DNA of 42,039 bases from Candidatus Helarchaeota archaeon (GCA_029838215.1 JALGVI010000047.1:1-42039), one strand, 5' to 3'. Counted from the stretch's first letter, positions 10,341-20,479 are shown. Notes: a model not told the origin generated them from the letters alone. Made by a program: numbers and translations.

Positions 10341-11942
10341 TTGGAACAGGCATCAAGAGAATTGATCAATAAACTGAAAAAAAAGGAAATTCGAACCAAG
10401 AAAGAGCTGGAAAGATATAAAAAGATAATCAGCAAGAAATATCGCCTAAATTCTTGTCTAAAAAATTCGGAACTATTGGCGTTTTGCACTCAAGAAGAAA
10501 AAGATGATTTAATTTTTATTTTGAGAAAACGACCCGTCCGATCGATCTCGGGCGTTGCCGTGGTCGCCGTCATGACGAAACCCTTCCCTTGTCCACACGC
10601 GAATGCACCTTGTTTTTATTGTCCTGGCGGACCAACTAAAGATGGACAAGGAAGCCCACAAAGTTATACCGGCTTAGAACCGGCAGCATTACGTAGCATC
10701 CAGAATGATTATGATCCTTATAGACAAACCAAAGTCCGACTCGAACAGCTCAAGGCAATTGGACATCCAATTGATAAGATTGACTTGATAATAATGGGTG
10801 GAACATTCTCTGCCACACCCTTTGATTATCAGGAATTCTTCGTGAAAGGTTGTCTTGATGCCATTACTGAAACACGCTCAGAAAATTTAGAAGAAGCCAA
10901 AAAAAACGCAGAAAAATCACGAAATCGCCTGATTGGGCTTACAATTGAAACAAGACCCGATTGTTGCAAGCAAGAACACGTCAACTCATTTTTAAATTTG
11001 AGCGCCACTCGCGTTGAAATCGGGGTTCAAGTAATCAGTGACGAGGTTTACAAACGTGTTAATCGAGGACATACGGTACAAGATGTGGTCGAAGCCTTTC
11101 AAATCTTGCGGGATAATTCATTAAAGGTAACGGCACACATGATGCCATTTCTTCCAGGCGTGGAAACGGTTGAAGAAAACCTTGCCCATTTTAAAACTCT
11201 TTTTTATGATTCACGTTTCATTCCTGATGAAATTAAGATTTATCCGACTCAAGTCATTGAAGGCACGAAACTTCATCAGGCATGGAAAAAGGGCGAGTAT
11301 CACGCTCCATCAAATGAAGAACTCATTCGTCTCTTGGTTGAAGTGAAAAAAATCATACCACCCCACGTTCGCATTAAACGCATCTTGCGCGATATTCCCG
11401 CATATAAAATTATTGCAGGATGCAAGCAAAGTAATATCAGGGAAGTCGTTCAGGAAGAAATGAAAAAACAAGGATTCAAATGTCAATGTCTCCGTTGCAG
11501 AGAAGTTGGACATCTCAGATTAAAGAAAGGAATAATTCCCGACCCAAATAACATCAAATTTGTAATGAGAAAATATGAAGCTTCAAATGGAATCGAGTAT
11601 TTCTTATCTCATGAGGACCCAAATCTTGACGTAATAATCGGTTTTTGTCGATTACGGATTCCCTCACATCAACTCACTCGAGCAGAGTTATCGGGTCAAA
11701 ATGTTGCACTCATTCGAGAACTTCACGTTTACGGACAACTTGCAGAGATTGGCTCGCGCCCGAACAAAGGTTGGCAACATCGTGGATTTGGAAAAAATCT
11801 TCTCAAAGAAGCCGAACGCATTTCTACCGAGCATGAATGCCAAAAATTAGTCGTGATTAGTGGAATCGGAGCTCGTGAATATTATTACAAGTTAGGATTT
11901 CATCTAGATGGACCATTCGTTTCAAAAAATCTGTCACCATGA
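10341..11942 (+). CDS. elp3: Elp3 tRNA uridine(34) acetyltransferase (radical SAM + GNAT)
   Basis: RSISGVAVVAVM, CPH...CFYCPGG, PQSYTGLEPA, TIETRPD, IRELHVYG, QHRGFGK, ISGIGAREYY. Confidence 0.96.
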   Translation: MEQASRELINKLKKKEIRTKKELERYKKIISKKYRLNSCLKNSELLAFCTQEEKDDLIFILRKRPVRSISGVAVVAVMTKPFPCPHANAPCFYCPGGPTKDGQGSPQSYTGLEPAALRSIQNDYDPYRQTKVRLEQLKAIGHPIDKIDLIIMGGTFSATPFDYQEFFVKGCLDAITETRSENLEEAKKNAEKSRNRLIGLTIETRPDCCKQEHVNSFLNLSATRVEIGVQVISDEVYKRVNRGHTVQDVVEAFQILRDNSLKVTAHMMPFLPGVETVEENLAHFKTLFYDSRFIPDEIKIYPTQVIEGTKLHQAWKKGEYHAPSNEELIRLLVEVKKIIPPHVRIKRILRDIPAYKIIAGCKQSNIREVVQEEMKKQGFKCQCLRCREVGHLRLKKGIIPDPNNIKFVMRKYEASNGIEYFLSHEDPNLDVIIGFCRLRIPSHQLTRAELSGQNVALIRELHVYGQLAEIGSRPNKGWQHRGFGKNLLKEAERISTEHECQKLVVISGIGAREYYYKLGFHLDGPFVSKNLSP

Positions 11943-12097
11943 AAATAGACGTCAAGTGCCTTGCCACGTTCTCGTTTATAAATTCATCATTGATCAAGAT
12001 GACTCAATCGCGGTTTAACGGAAATGAAAAACTATATATTTGATTTTTCTAATTTTGATTTAAACTATCGGATGGTCAATCGTTAGGTGAGAAACGC

Positions 12098-12934
12098 ATG
12101 GTTGATATCACGTTAAAACCAAAGAAAAGCGAAGATAAGATTCCACTAGAAGCCGAATCGATCTCTTGTGATGTCTTTGCTGGAAAAACCATCGATGAAA
12201 TCAAGAAATTGCCCATTTTTAAAGGAAATCGTAAGAAATCATTAGGAGATTTCTTTGATGTTTCTGGTAGCAAGGAAGATGACCCGAAAAATATTCGGAT
12301 CATTATTGATGGCGACGTTTCACATGTTAAAAACATTGGGCGCAACATGAAAGCAGGTGAAATTCTAATAAAGGGAAATGCAGGCATGCACACGGCGGAA
12401 TATCTCAATGGAGGTACCGTAGTAGTCGAAGGCGATGTCGGTGACTTCTCTGCAAATGAAGTTAAAAAGGGAAAAGTCCACGTGAAAGGAAACGCAGGGG
12501 CATATTTTGCGTCGGCTTTACGAGGAAGCTGGAGAGGCGTCAAAGGTGGAGAAATCATTTGTGAAGGAAATGTGGGCATTGAATCAGGCACCTTTCTAGC
12601 AGGTAAAAACACCCGGCTTCGAATCAAGGGAAATGCTTCGAGCATGCTCGGTCTACATCTGGCAGGCGGAGTAATTATATTAGATGGAAATGCTTTAGAA
12701 CGCTTGGGCGGTCAAATGGCACGCGGGAAGATCATCGTGAACGGTAAATTATCAGAAATATTGCCGTCATTCTCATACGAAGGAGAAGTAGACGAGATTG
12801 TCTTGAGTGATGAAGAAAAAATCAAAGGAAAATATTTAAGATTCAAAGGCGATTTCGCAGAAATATCTCCAAAATCAAAATTCTTCGGTGAAATGTACTT
12901 AGCAGCACAAAATAACAAGCATCTAATTAAATGA
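12098..12934 (+). CDS. fwdC: Formylmethanofuran dehydrogenase subunit C
   Basis: PLEAESIS.D, LGDFFDVSG N-terminus and Gly-rich GXGXG beta-helix repeats. Confidence 0.85.
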   Translation: MVDITLKPKKSEDKIPLEAESISCDVFAGKTIDEIKKLPIFKGNRKKSLGDFFDVSGSKEDDPKNIRIIIDGDVSHVKNIGRNMKAGEILIKGNAGMHTAEYLNGGTVVVEGDVGDFSANEVKKGKVHVKGNAGAYFASALRGSWRGVKGGEIICEGNVGIESGTFLAGKNTRLRIKGNASSMLGLHLAGGVIILDGNALERLGGQMARGKIIVNGKLSEILPSFSYEGEVDEIVLSDEEKIKGKYLRFKGDFAEISPKSKFFGEMYLAAQNNKHLIK

Positions 12935-13023
12935 TATCTTTGTTTTCACTTATAATTCTCTTATTTTCTAATTTTATTAACAAGATCTTGATTCCTAGAT
13001 AAAAAAAATGGAAGAAAATAAAC

Positions 13024-13860
13024 TCATTCTTCCCAATTTATCGCAGTTTTAAACCATTCCGGCATTGAGAAGGCAATATACATCATCAAAGCATCGACAA
13101 TGAAGAATAATCTAAATACTATGAGAAGACTCAAGGTTATTTGCTGAGGAAGCACCGAAGCCAATGCATTAACGCCGACAAGTTCGAATAAATACGCCGT
13201 TGTCAGAAAGCTTAGAGCAATTGCCATTATCAGAGAACGCTTAGAACGCCCCGATTTACCCTTCCTTATTTTTATCGCAAAATAATAAAACAATGCAGGA
13301 ACTATAACCATTAAAGGCACGAGAATGACAAGAACTCCCATTTGAATGAATACGTGGTGGATTAATTCATAGCCTCCAACGTGCTGGACATAACTATATT
13401 GGAATAATCCAACAATCTCTTGATTATAGATTGGTATGAAATCAGAAAGTAATAAAGCCACGTATATCGAAGCAAAAAGAGCCGTTATCACGGTCAGAGT
13501 CTTTATGGAATTTGGCCAAATGATCTGATATGCAAAGTTTAAAACAGCAATCAACGCCATGGAACTGATTATTATGGCAATATCACCAAAGAGCTTTGCG
13601 AGTGGATATGCAAAAAAAACGCTAGTAGTACCAAAGATGGGAATCAAGACGACTGCAGTTAACTGTTCCAACATTAGAAATAAAAATGCAAAACTGCCAA
13701 ATATAAAGTGAACAACGAGTGCCTTAGTTTCAGAACGACCCTTGCTTTTTCTACCCAATAGGACCCCGACAACAAAGAAAAACGTTATTGCAATTATAAT
13801 TACAGCCATTCCAATAAGATCAAATATACCTACTTGCATCGAAAAAAATCCCCAATTCAT
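13024..13860 (-). CDS. Seven-TM membrane protein of unknown function
   Basis: About 7 hydrophobic 20-25 aa segments, no soluble domain. Confidence 0.75.
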   Translation of the reverse strand: MNWGFFSMQVGIFDLIGMAVIIIAITFFFVVGVLLGRKSKGRSETKALVVHFIFGSFAFLFLMLEQLTAVVLIPIFGTTSVFFAYPLAKLFGDIAIIISSMALIAVLNFAYQIIWPNSIKTLTVITALFASIYVALLLSDFIPIYNQEIVGLFQYSYVQHVGGYELIHHVFIQMGVLVILVPLMVIVPALFYYFAIKIRKGKSGRSKRSLIMAIALSFLTTAYLFELVGVNALASVLPQQITLSLLIVFRLFFIVDALMMYIAFSMPEWFKTAINWEE

Positions 13861-14005
13861 TAATTATTTGTTTCTGTTTAATAAATACGATTTTCACATA
13901 AATATATTTTGCTAAAACAAAGCATACTCATCAAGTAAAAAATACTCATATATTAATATTAAATGGGCTGGTCAAAAATTCTTTAATTCCGACTTAATTC
14001 CCGCT

Positions 14006-14131
14006 GTTCACGACTTAGATCCCTTTCGCCGGGATCGGGTCCCTCCCGTCTTTCAACGTAGGAAGTACCGGACACACCTAATCGCCTCGGGAAACTCATT
14101 GTCAGGCATTTGCCTATCCTCGTCTTCGAAC
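14006..14131 (-). ncRNA. Candidate structured non-coding RNA, family unassigned
   Basis: GC-rich island in AT-rich intergenic DNA; minus-strand closing stem GUUC..GAC/GUC..GAAC and three hairpins, one capped by GAAA. Confidence 0.5.
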
Positions 14132-14294
14132 TACAATAAAATTTCGGGAAATGAAATCCAACTGAATGGATTTATCGGAATTATTCAGGACTAACCAAAA
14201 TCAAGAGAAATTGATTCCTTAAACTAGGATTTCGAGTCGTTTCTGTTCGTGAGTTTTTTTAAAAAAAAGTTAATAAAAAAGAAGATTTTGGTAT

Positions 14295-15167
14295 TTAGAC
14301 CGCTTTTCCGCACACAAAACAGAAGTGAGCACCTTCTGCGAGATCCGAACCACATTGTGCGCATTTTAAACGTTGACCGCACTTTGGACAGAAGAGGATT
14401 TCAGCAGGAGAATCATCCAGATTTGCATCGCAATGAGGACAAGTCCTTTTTGGAGCTTTTTCGAAACGTTCTTTTGGTGGTTCCATCGTTTCATCCACGA
14501 CTTTTTCAGACGATGTTTCGATCTTCGGTTTTTTTGCAACATCAGGTTTGGTACCAGCTTGAACCTTCTTCCCACACCCATGACAAAATCCAGCTCCTGC
14601 CCGGATGTATTCCTTGCATTCGTCACAATATAATTCTTGACCGCAAATATCGCAAAACTTTTTTGCACCATCAATTTGAGCATCACAGGTCGGACAAACG
14701 ATGATTTCACGTTTTTTCTCAACCAGTTCCTGTGGAGTTTTTGTTTCTTTCTCTTCTGTTTTTACTTCTTCGATATCCTTCAAGAAGCGATACTCCGAGA
14801 TTTTTCGCTTCGTCTTGCGGCAATCTAAACAAGTAACATGAATGCCCGTTTGGTTTGGAGGTAGTGTGGTGAAATGTTCAAAGTCCGTACGACCCTGGTC
14901 ATTGACTTTTCTTTCGTCCCTTATTTTGACATTAGCACTCCCACAAAATTCACAAGAATAAAATTGTTTTTGAAAATCCTTTAAATCAATCTCATCAGGG
15001 TGCAGTTGTTTTTTGAATTTTTTTCTACATTCAGGACATATCGTCTTTATCAATGCAAAATCGCGCCTAATTCGTGCATCTGTTATGGATAGTGGTTCGT
15101 TGCATTTTTCACAAAGAAGGATCATGTTTTTCATCTCGCTATAAAACGGAAAATTCGTTAGGTACAA
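14295..15167 (-). CDS. Multi zinc-ribbon protein (12 CxxC pairs, double-zinc-ribbon repeats)
   Basis: CEKC, CPEC, CEFC, CLDC, CPTC, CDIC, CDEC, CHGC, CPHC, CPKC, CAQC, CFVC; true start may be ATG 15134 or 15125. Confidence 0.8.
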   Translation of the reverse strand: MYLTNFPFYSEMKNMILLCEKCNEPLSITDARIRRDFALIKTICPECRKKFKKQLHPDEIDLKDFQKQFYSCEFCGSANVKIRDERKVNDQGRTDFEHFTTLPPNQTGIHVTCLDCRKTKRKISEYRFLKDIEEVKTEEKETKTPQELVEKKREIIVCPTCDAQIDGAKKFCDICGQELYCDECKEYIRAGAGFCHGCGKKVQAGTKPDVAKKPKIETSSEKVVDETMEPPKERFEKAPKRTCPHCDANLDDSPAEILFCPKCGQRLKCAQCGSDLAEGAHFCFVCGKAV

Positions 15168-15492
15168 TTCTACTAATCTTAATATTTAAAACAAACGATT
15201 TTGGTAATTTTGAAGTAGTTTTTTACTTTCTTGATTTTTGATTGAGATCGGAGCTATAATTTTCAAAAAGAAGAATTGAAGCATGTCAAATTCAGGAAAT
15301 ATCCGCTTTCTTGATAGTTCTTCGAGATTAATTCTATTTATCCATATCTTGCATAAAATAAGGGCTCCCAAAGAATATCATAAATAGTACATAAAAGTAT
15401 ATACTTTTATGTTATTAAATCAAAATTGATATTCGTAAAAAAAACATGTTAACATGTCCAATTTACGAATTGATTTTGTGAGGAAAATCAAA

Positions 15493-16893
15493 ATGACAGA
15501 ATATGATGTTATAATTGTTGGTGCAGGTCCTGGTGGATCCGTGGCTGCAAAAGTTGCCGCAGAAGCAGGTCTAAAAACAGTCTTCTTCGAACGTGGTCGC
15601 AAGCCTGGTGAGAAAAACGCATCGGGATGCGGACTTGGACCGCGAATGTGGCGAACATTTCCTGAAATGATGAAAGAATTAACACCTGAAAACGTCCCTT
15701 CCATGCGAATGGCAGGATGTGTCATGAATCATTATTTAGATAAGGATTTAAAAGAACGCGCCATTGAGATGTACTATCCTACAGATTCGGTAACATATGA
15801 GCCTGCAAAACAATTCATTACAATGAATGTCTACCGGTCAGAATTTGATCCGTGGCTTGCAAAATTTGCAACGGATGCAGGAGCTGAATTAAGAGCTTCA
15901 GTCTTAATAAAAAATTTGGTAAAAAACGATGCAGGCAAGGTCATTGGTGTCCAAACTGAAAAAGGCGAGAAGATACTCGGCAAGATAATAATCGGTGCTG
16001 ATGGCGTGCTTTCAGTTGTCAGCAAAATGTCGGGTTTAAACCCGCGATGGCTTCCAAATCAAGTCACGATAGTGCCGCAATATGATTTTTCTGCTGATCG
16101 CGATAAAATCGATAAAATTTACGGTCCTGATGGCGTGCTCGCCGATGCAGCCGATGCTTGCTGGTGGGGCGTGAACTTTCCCTCCGCATATCAAGTCATC
16201 TTTGGCGATGGTTTCCACATCGGCTTGGGCTCCTGGTTAGGTCAATGGACGAAGAATCCGATTAGTCATATAAACAAGTTAGTATCATCAAAACCATTTC
16301 AACGAATGATGAAAGCAATTGATGCAAAGCCGCGAGAGGTTCATTCACACCTATTACCTTGGGCAGCAGAACCCATTAAGACATATACTGATAATGTCTT
16401 ACTCATTGGAGATGCGGGCGGATTTCCCTGTCCACTTGAAGCAGAAGGCGTTTTCCCTGCGATGGAAACGGGCAAGCTTGCCGCTGAAACCGCAATAAAA
16501 ACGATTGCTGATGGAGATACGTCAAAACAGGCATTGAAACTCTATGAAGATAAATGGAAAAAATCATCAGTCGGCGTGGAATTTGAAGCCGGAGAAAGCC
16601 TGCAAACGCTCTGGAGAAATTTGTTCTTCAGCACTCAGGCAGAGAAAAATAACATGGAATGGTTCATCCCTGCATATATTGAGCTCCGCGGCGGCCATTA
16701 TGACTGGAGCGAGCCACACATCGTGAGATTTAGACAGATTTTCAAAAAACTTCGCTCATATTCGCAAGATGTGATTCCATTCCTTCAAAAATACGTGTTA
16801 CCAGTAATGGCAGACGTGATGGAAGAAGACATGGCTACATTACCATTCCTAACGCAAATGATGGAGAACCTAAAACCTAAAAAGAAAAAATGA
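15493..16893 (+). CDS. FixC-like / geranylgeranyl-reductase-family FAD oxidoreductase
   Basis: IVGAGPGG, ERGRKPGEKN, IIGADG, IGDAGG...EGVFPAMETG. Confidence 0.85.
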   Translation: MTEYDVIIVGAGPGGSVAAKVAAEAGLKTVFFERGRKPGEKNASGCGLGPRMWRTFPEMMKELTPENVPSMRMAGCVMNHYLDKDLKERAIEMYYPTDSVTYEPAKQFITMNVYRSEFDPWLAKFATDAGAELRASVLIKNLVKNDAGKVIGVQTEKGEKILGKIIIGADGVLSVVSKMSGLNPRWLPNQVTIVPQYDFSADRDKIDKIYGPDGVLADAADACWWGVNFPSAYQVIFGDGFHIGLGSWLGQWTKNPISHINKLVSSKPFQRMMKAIDAKPREVHSHLLPWAAEPIKTYTDNVLLIGDAGGFPCPLEAEGVFPAMETGKLAAETAIKTIADGDTSKQALKLYEDKWKKSSVGVEFEAGESLQTLWRNLFFSTQAEKNNMEWFIPAYIELRGGHYDWSEPHIVRFRQIFKKLRSYSQDVIPFLQKYVLPVMADVMEEDMATLPFLTQMMENLKPKKKK

Positions 16894-16907
16894 GGAGCGA
16901 TGAAAAC

Positions 16908-17180
16908 ATGAAAATAGAATTAAAAGAAATCAGTCAAAGGGCTCCCGGAGATCCAGGAGACTTCATAAAAGTAGAAACTGAAAAATGCGTTGGATGCGGA
17001 AAATGTGCCATAGTATGCATTGTTAATTTATGGCGAGTACACGCAGGTATTGCCAGCATTATTGATGAATACAAGGAGAAATGTCTCGAATGTGGAGCCT
17101 GTTACTCGGTGTGTGAAGCCGGGGCAATAAATTTCTCGTATCCAGCAGGTGGAACTGGCGTCGTCTATTTGAATGGATGA
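16908..17180 (+). CDS. FixX-like 2x[4Fe-4S] ferredoxin
   Basis: CVGCGKCAIVC, CLECGACYSVC, C-terminal YPAGGTGVVY; GAGGAG RBS before ATG 16908 (alternative start 16890). Confidence 0.85.
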   Translation: MKIELKEISQRAPGDPGDFIKVETEKCVGCGKCAIVCIVNLWRVHAGIASIIDEYKEKCLECGACYSVCEAGAINFSYPAGGTGVVYLNG

Positions 17181-17247
17181 AATGATTTCATTTATTTTTT
17201 TATTCAATATTGAATCTTTTTTATTCCTTCTTGAGAAATTGCTTCAC

Positions 17248-18231
17248 ATGATTCAGAAAATATTCATCACTAGAGAATTGATGCCGGAAAGCATCAAATT
17301 AATTCGCGAGGCTTTCCCCTCAGCTCAAATAAAAATACAGCCTGAATCCGAAATTTTAACACCCGACAAGTTAAGAGAAGAAATCAAAGATACCGATGGA
17401 CTGCTCTGTACGTTGAGAGAGAAAATTTCGGCAGATTTGTTGGAAAATGCACCCAGACTCAAAGTAATCAGTAATTATGCTGTTGGCTTTGATAACATAG
17501 ACATTAAAGCCGCAACCACACGAGGCATCATGGTAACCAACACTCCTGATGTATTAACAGATGCCACTGCGGATTTAACAATGGCACTTTTACTGGTTAC
17601 TGCAAGGAGAATCATCGAAGCCGAAGATTACTTGCGTTCAAGTCAATGGAAACGTTGGTCCCCTTTGCTCCTCTGTGGAACCGAACTTGCAGGAAAAACA
17701 TTGGGAATCATTGGACTTGGAAGAATCGGAAGTGCAGTCGCAAGAAGAGCTCGTGGTTTTAAATTTGATTTAGTATATCATTCACGGACACGAAAGCCTC
17801 ATTTAGAAACAGAATTGAAAATGAAATACCTGTCATTAACCGAATTATTAAAGCAATCTGATTTCATCAGCTTGCACGTGCCCCTAACACCAGAGACAAA
17901 ACATCTTATAGATGAAGATGAGTTTAACTTGATGAAACCAACCTGCATCTTGATAAATACGGCACGTGGAGCAGTCATCAATGAAGCAGCTCTTGTCGAT
18001 GCACTAAAAAAAGGGAAAATACACGCCGCAGGATTGGATGTCTATGAAAAAGAACCAATTTCCACGGACAATCCGATTTTGTCTCTCTCAAACGTGATCG
18101 CATTGCCTCATATCGGTTCTGCAACGATAGAAACTCGAACGATGATGGCAATAATCGCTGCTAAAAACCTCATTTTGGCATTAAAAGGGGAGAAACCAAT
18201 AAGCCTCATCAATGCAGAATTGCTTACTTGA
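17248..18231 (+). CDS. D-2-hydroxyacid dehydrogenase (glyoxylate reductase-like)
   Basis: NYAVGFDNID, NTPDVLTDATAD, GIIGLGRIG, INTARG, LDVYEKEP, PHIGSAT. Confidence 0.92.
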   Translation: MIQKIFITRELMPESIKLIREAFPSAQIKIQPESEILTPDKLREEIKDTDGLLCTLREKISADLLENAPRLKVISNYAVGFDNIDIKAATTRGIMVTNTPDVLTDATADLTMALLLVTARRIIEAEDYLRSSQWKRWSPLLLCGTELAGKTLGIIGLGRIGSAVARRARGFKFDLVYHSRTRKPHLETELKMKYLSLTELLKQSDFISLHVPLTPETKHLIDEDEFNLMKPTCILINTARGAVINEAALVDALKKGKIHAAGLDVYEKEPISTDNPILSLSNVIALPHIGSATIETRTMMAIIAAKNLILALKGEKPISLINAELLT

Positions 18232-18260
18232 AATTAAATGGAAAAAAGAATTTTCCACGG

Positions 18261-19049
18261 TTAAATTCCAATCATTTTTCGTGCTTCAGAAGGCGTGGCG
18301 ACTTCCCTTCCCAGACTCTTGCAAATCTTCACCCAATGCGAAACGATTTCTGCATTATCCCTCGCGGGATTACCTTCCTTGATGTAAGGATAATCTTCGG
18401 TTCCGACACGGATGTGCCCTCCCTCCAAAATCGCAAGCGTGCAGATCTTGACCTGTTCTGGACCCATTATGCTCACGGTGTGAAGAGAATCTTCAGGAAA
18501 ATACTTTTTGCGGAGAAAATACTCATCAGGATCTGCGGGAGACCAAGCTCCACCGGGCCAATTAAAAAAAACAGAAAGAAAATGAGGTCCTTTTATCAGC
18601 CCTTTTTTTATCAATTGGTTCAGATTCCAAATAGCGCCATGATTCCAAACCTCCCACTCAGGTTTTATGCCAGTTTCATTACAAATCTTGCAATATTCCT
18701 CAAGTTCTGCTCGTGGATGCAACCGATTTAGTTCGACATTCGTAAAACATTCATCATGATGCGTGAGAATAATGGAAACCATGTCTGGTTTTGAATCAAA
18801 TAGCGGTTTGCGCTTAGATACCGGATCACTTGACATCCCAGCTTGAATGATGATGTCGCACCGATCTCTTATGCCTTCAACAATTTCTTTTTCTTTACCA
18901 GCAATCAAGTGAACATGAGCAATGCTCGCCCCTGCTTCATATCCTTTTACAACAGTATCAATTAATTCTTTGGTAGAAGTTGGCCAATTCCTGACATCAG
19001 GATATATCCAAGAATTGGCTAAAGTCATTGTTAATATCAATTTATCCAC
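18261..19049 (-). CDS. Beta-keto acid cleavage enzyme (3-keto-5-aminohexanoate cleavage family)
   Basis: GASIAHVH, IKPEWE, GGHIRVGTED, NAEIV, GREVATPSEARKMIG. Confidence 0.88.
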   Translation of the reverse strand: MDKLILTMTLANSWIYPDVRNWPTSTKELIDTVVKGYEAGASIAHVHLIAGKEKEIVEGIRDRCDIIIQAGMSSDPVSKRKPLFDSKPDMVSIILTHHDECFTNVELNRLHPRAELEEYCKICNETGIKPEWEVWNHGAIWNLNQLIKKGLIKGPHFLSVFFNWPGGAWSPADPDEYFLRKKYFPEDSLHTVSIMGPEQVKICTLAILEGGHIRVGTEDYPYIKEGNPARDNAEIVSHWVKICKSLGREVATPSEARKMIGI

Positions 19050-19288
19050 GATAAATTACACCATCCTTTTCAATCATGGAAGTAAAAAACATGAGATTAA
19101 CGTCCAGAAATCCAAACAATTTCATGAATTCTTCCATTCAATAAACCATTCTTTAAAATCATTATTATTTGCTAATTAAATCTCACGGATCTGCTATTTA
19201 TTTTTTTATATAATCGGCGAAATTTAAATTATATATTAAAGGATGGATTTCTTAGAAAAATATTCAGGACTTATCGGTTACAGATCTG

Positions 19289-20455
19289 GTGAAACAAATG
19301 ATTCGCGATGTTTTCATTGTCAAAAAGGGCGGTTTATTGCTATATCATCAAAACATAAATGCAAATAAGAATAAAAATTTCTCGAAAATGAGTAAGGATT
19401 TAATCTCAGGCTTTCTGCACTCTTTATTATCATTCTCGAAAGAAATCGGTTCGAGAAATATTGAATGCATCATCATGTATGACCTCAAATTCGTGTATGG
19501 TGATTTCGACAAGATTGTCGTGATTTTTTGCATTGACAAGCACGATTCCACGGAAAAAGTCCTGAAAAAAATACATCGCGTGGCTGAAGCCTTTCTAATG
19601 AAATATCACGAAATAATTCATCATCCAACAAAGGCCTTACGGGTTTCCCTTTACAGGGATTTCGAAACAGATCTAAATCTTGCCATCAAATCTACGATAA
19701 AAATCATTTTATTGGGTGAGTCGGGTGTCGGCAAGACAACGATGTTCAAGTTACTCAAGGGAGACGAAATACCGATTCAACACCTACCAACAATGGGACC
19801 GACTATTAATGAAATAAAACTCGCAGGGGATGTCCAGATGGTTGTTTGGGACACTCCCGGTCAGAGACTTTATCACAATATTTGGTCGGAGTTTCTCTTG
19901 GGTGCCGACATCATATTCTTAGTTACAGATTCTAAGGCAGATAACGTAAGCGAAACAAAGAACATTTATACCCGATATATTCTGAAGGGAGAAGAAAACA
20001 CGCATTGGTATTGCATTGCAAACAAGCAGGATCTTCCCGATGCCTTGAAACCAGATGAAATCAAAAATTTAGTTGGAGTCCCGACATTTGGAATGATTGC
20101 CATTGATAATTCACCAGATAATCGTAAGAACTTTGAAAACATGCTGAAAAAAGTAATAAGTGAGAAAATAGGGCAAGATATTTTACAAATGGAAGAAAAA
20201 ATTTCGGATGAAAAAAATCTTACATCAATTATCGAGCAAATTGAACGATTGAAAGAACACGGACTACAACACTTCGACTTATCAGATCCTATGCTTTGGT
20301 CAATGAATTTCTGGATTGATAAATTGAAAAATTACGTGTTTCCACAATTAAGCTCGGATGACCTTAAGATTTTAGTTGAAACCAGAAAAGAATGGTTAGA
20401 AAAGATTCGAAGTCGGATTAGTGAAACAGAGAAACCTGATGAAATCTCAGCGTGA
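19289..20455 (+). CDS. Longin-like domain fused to Arf-like small GTPase, plus helical C-terminal extension
   Basis: N-terminal VFIVKKGGLLLY...LISGFLHSLLSFSKEI (longin-like); G1 GESGVGKT, G3 WDTPGQ, G4 ANKQDLPDAL. Confidence 0.85.
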   Translation: MKQMIRDVFIVKKGGLLLYHQNINANKNKNFSKMSKDLISGFLHSLLSFSKEIGSRNIECIIMYDLKFVYGDFDKIVVIFCIDKHDSTEKVLKKIHRVAEAFLMKYHEIIHHPTKALRVSLYRDFETDLNLAIKSTIKIILLGESGVGKTTMFKLLKGDEIPIQHLPTMGPTINEIKLAGDVQMVVWDTPGQRLYHNIWSEFLLGADIIFLVTDSKADNVSETKNIYTRYILKGEENTHWYCIANKQDLPDALKPDEIKNLVGVPTFGMIAIDNSPDNRKNFENMLKKVISEKIGQDILQMEEKISDEKNLTSIIEQIERLKEHGLQHFDLSDPMLWSMNFWIDKLKNYVFPQLSSDDLKILVETRKEWLEKIRSRISETEKPDEISA

Positions 20456-20479
20456 AGATGAAATTAATCTCTTTTTTTA

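Noticed and set aside
13024-13860. Rhodopsin
   Set aside because: No retinal-binding Lys in helix 7
13960-14350. RNase P RNA (GGGCTGGTC, TAGGAAGTACC and AACAGAAG resemble conserved regions)
   Set aside because: P4 pairing is not satisfied and the 3' match lies inside the zinc-ribbon coding sequence; SRP, HEARO/omega RNA and riboswitch cores also did not fit
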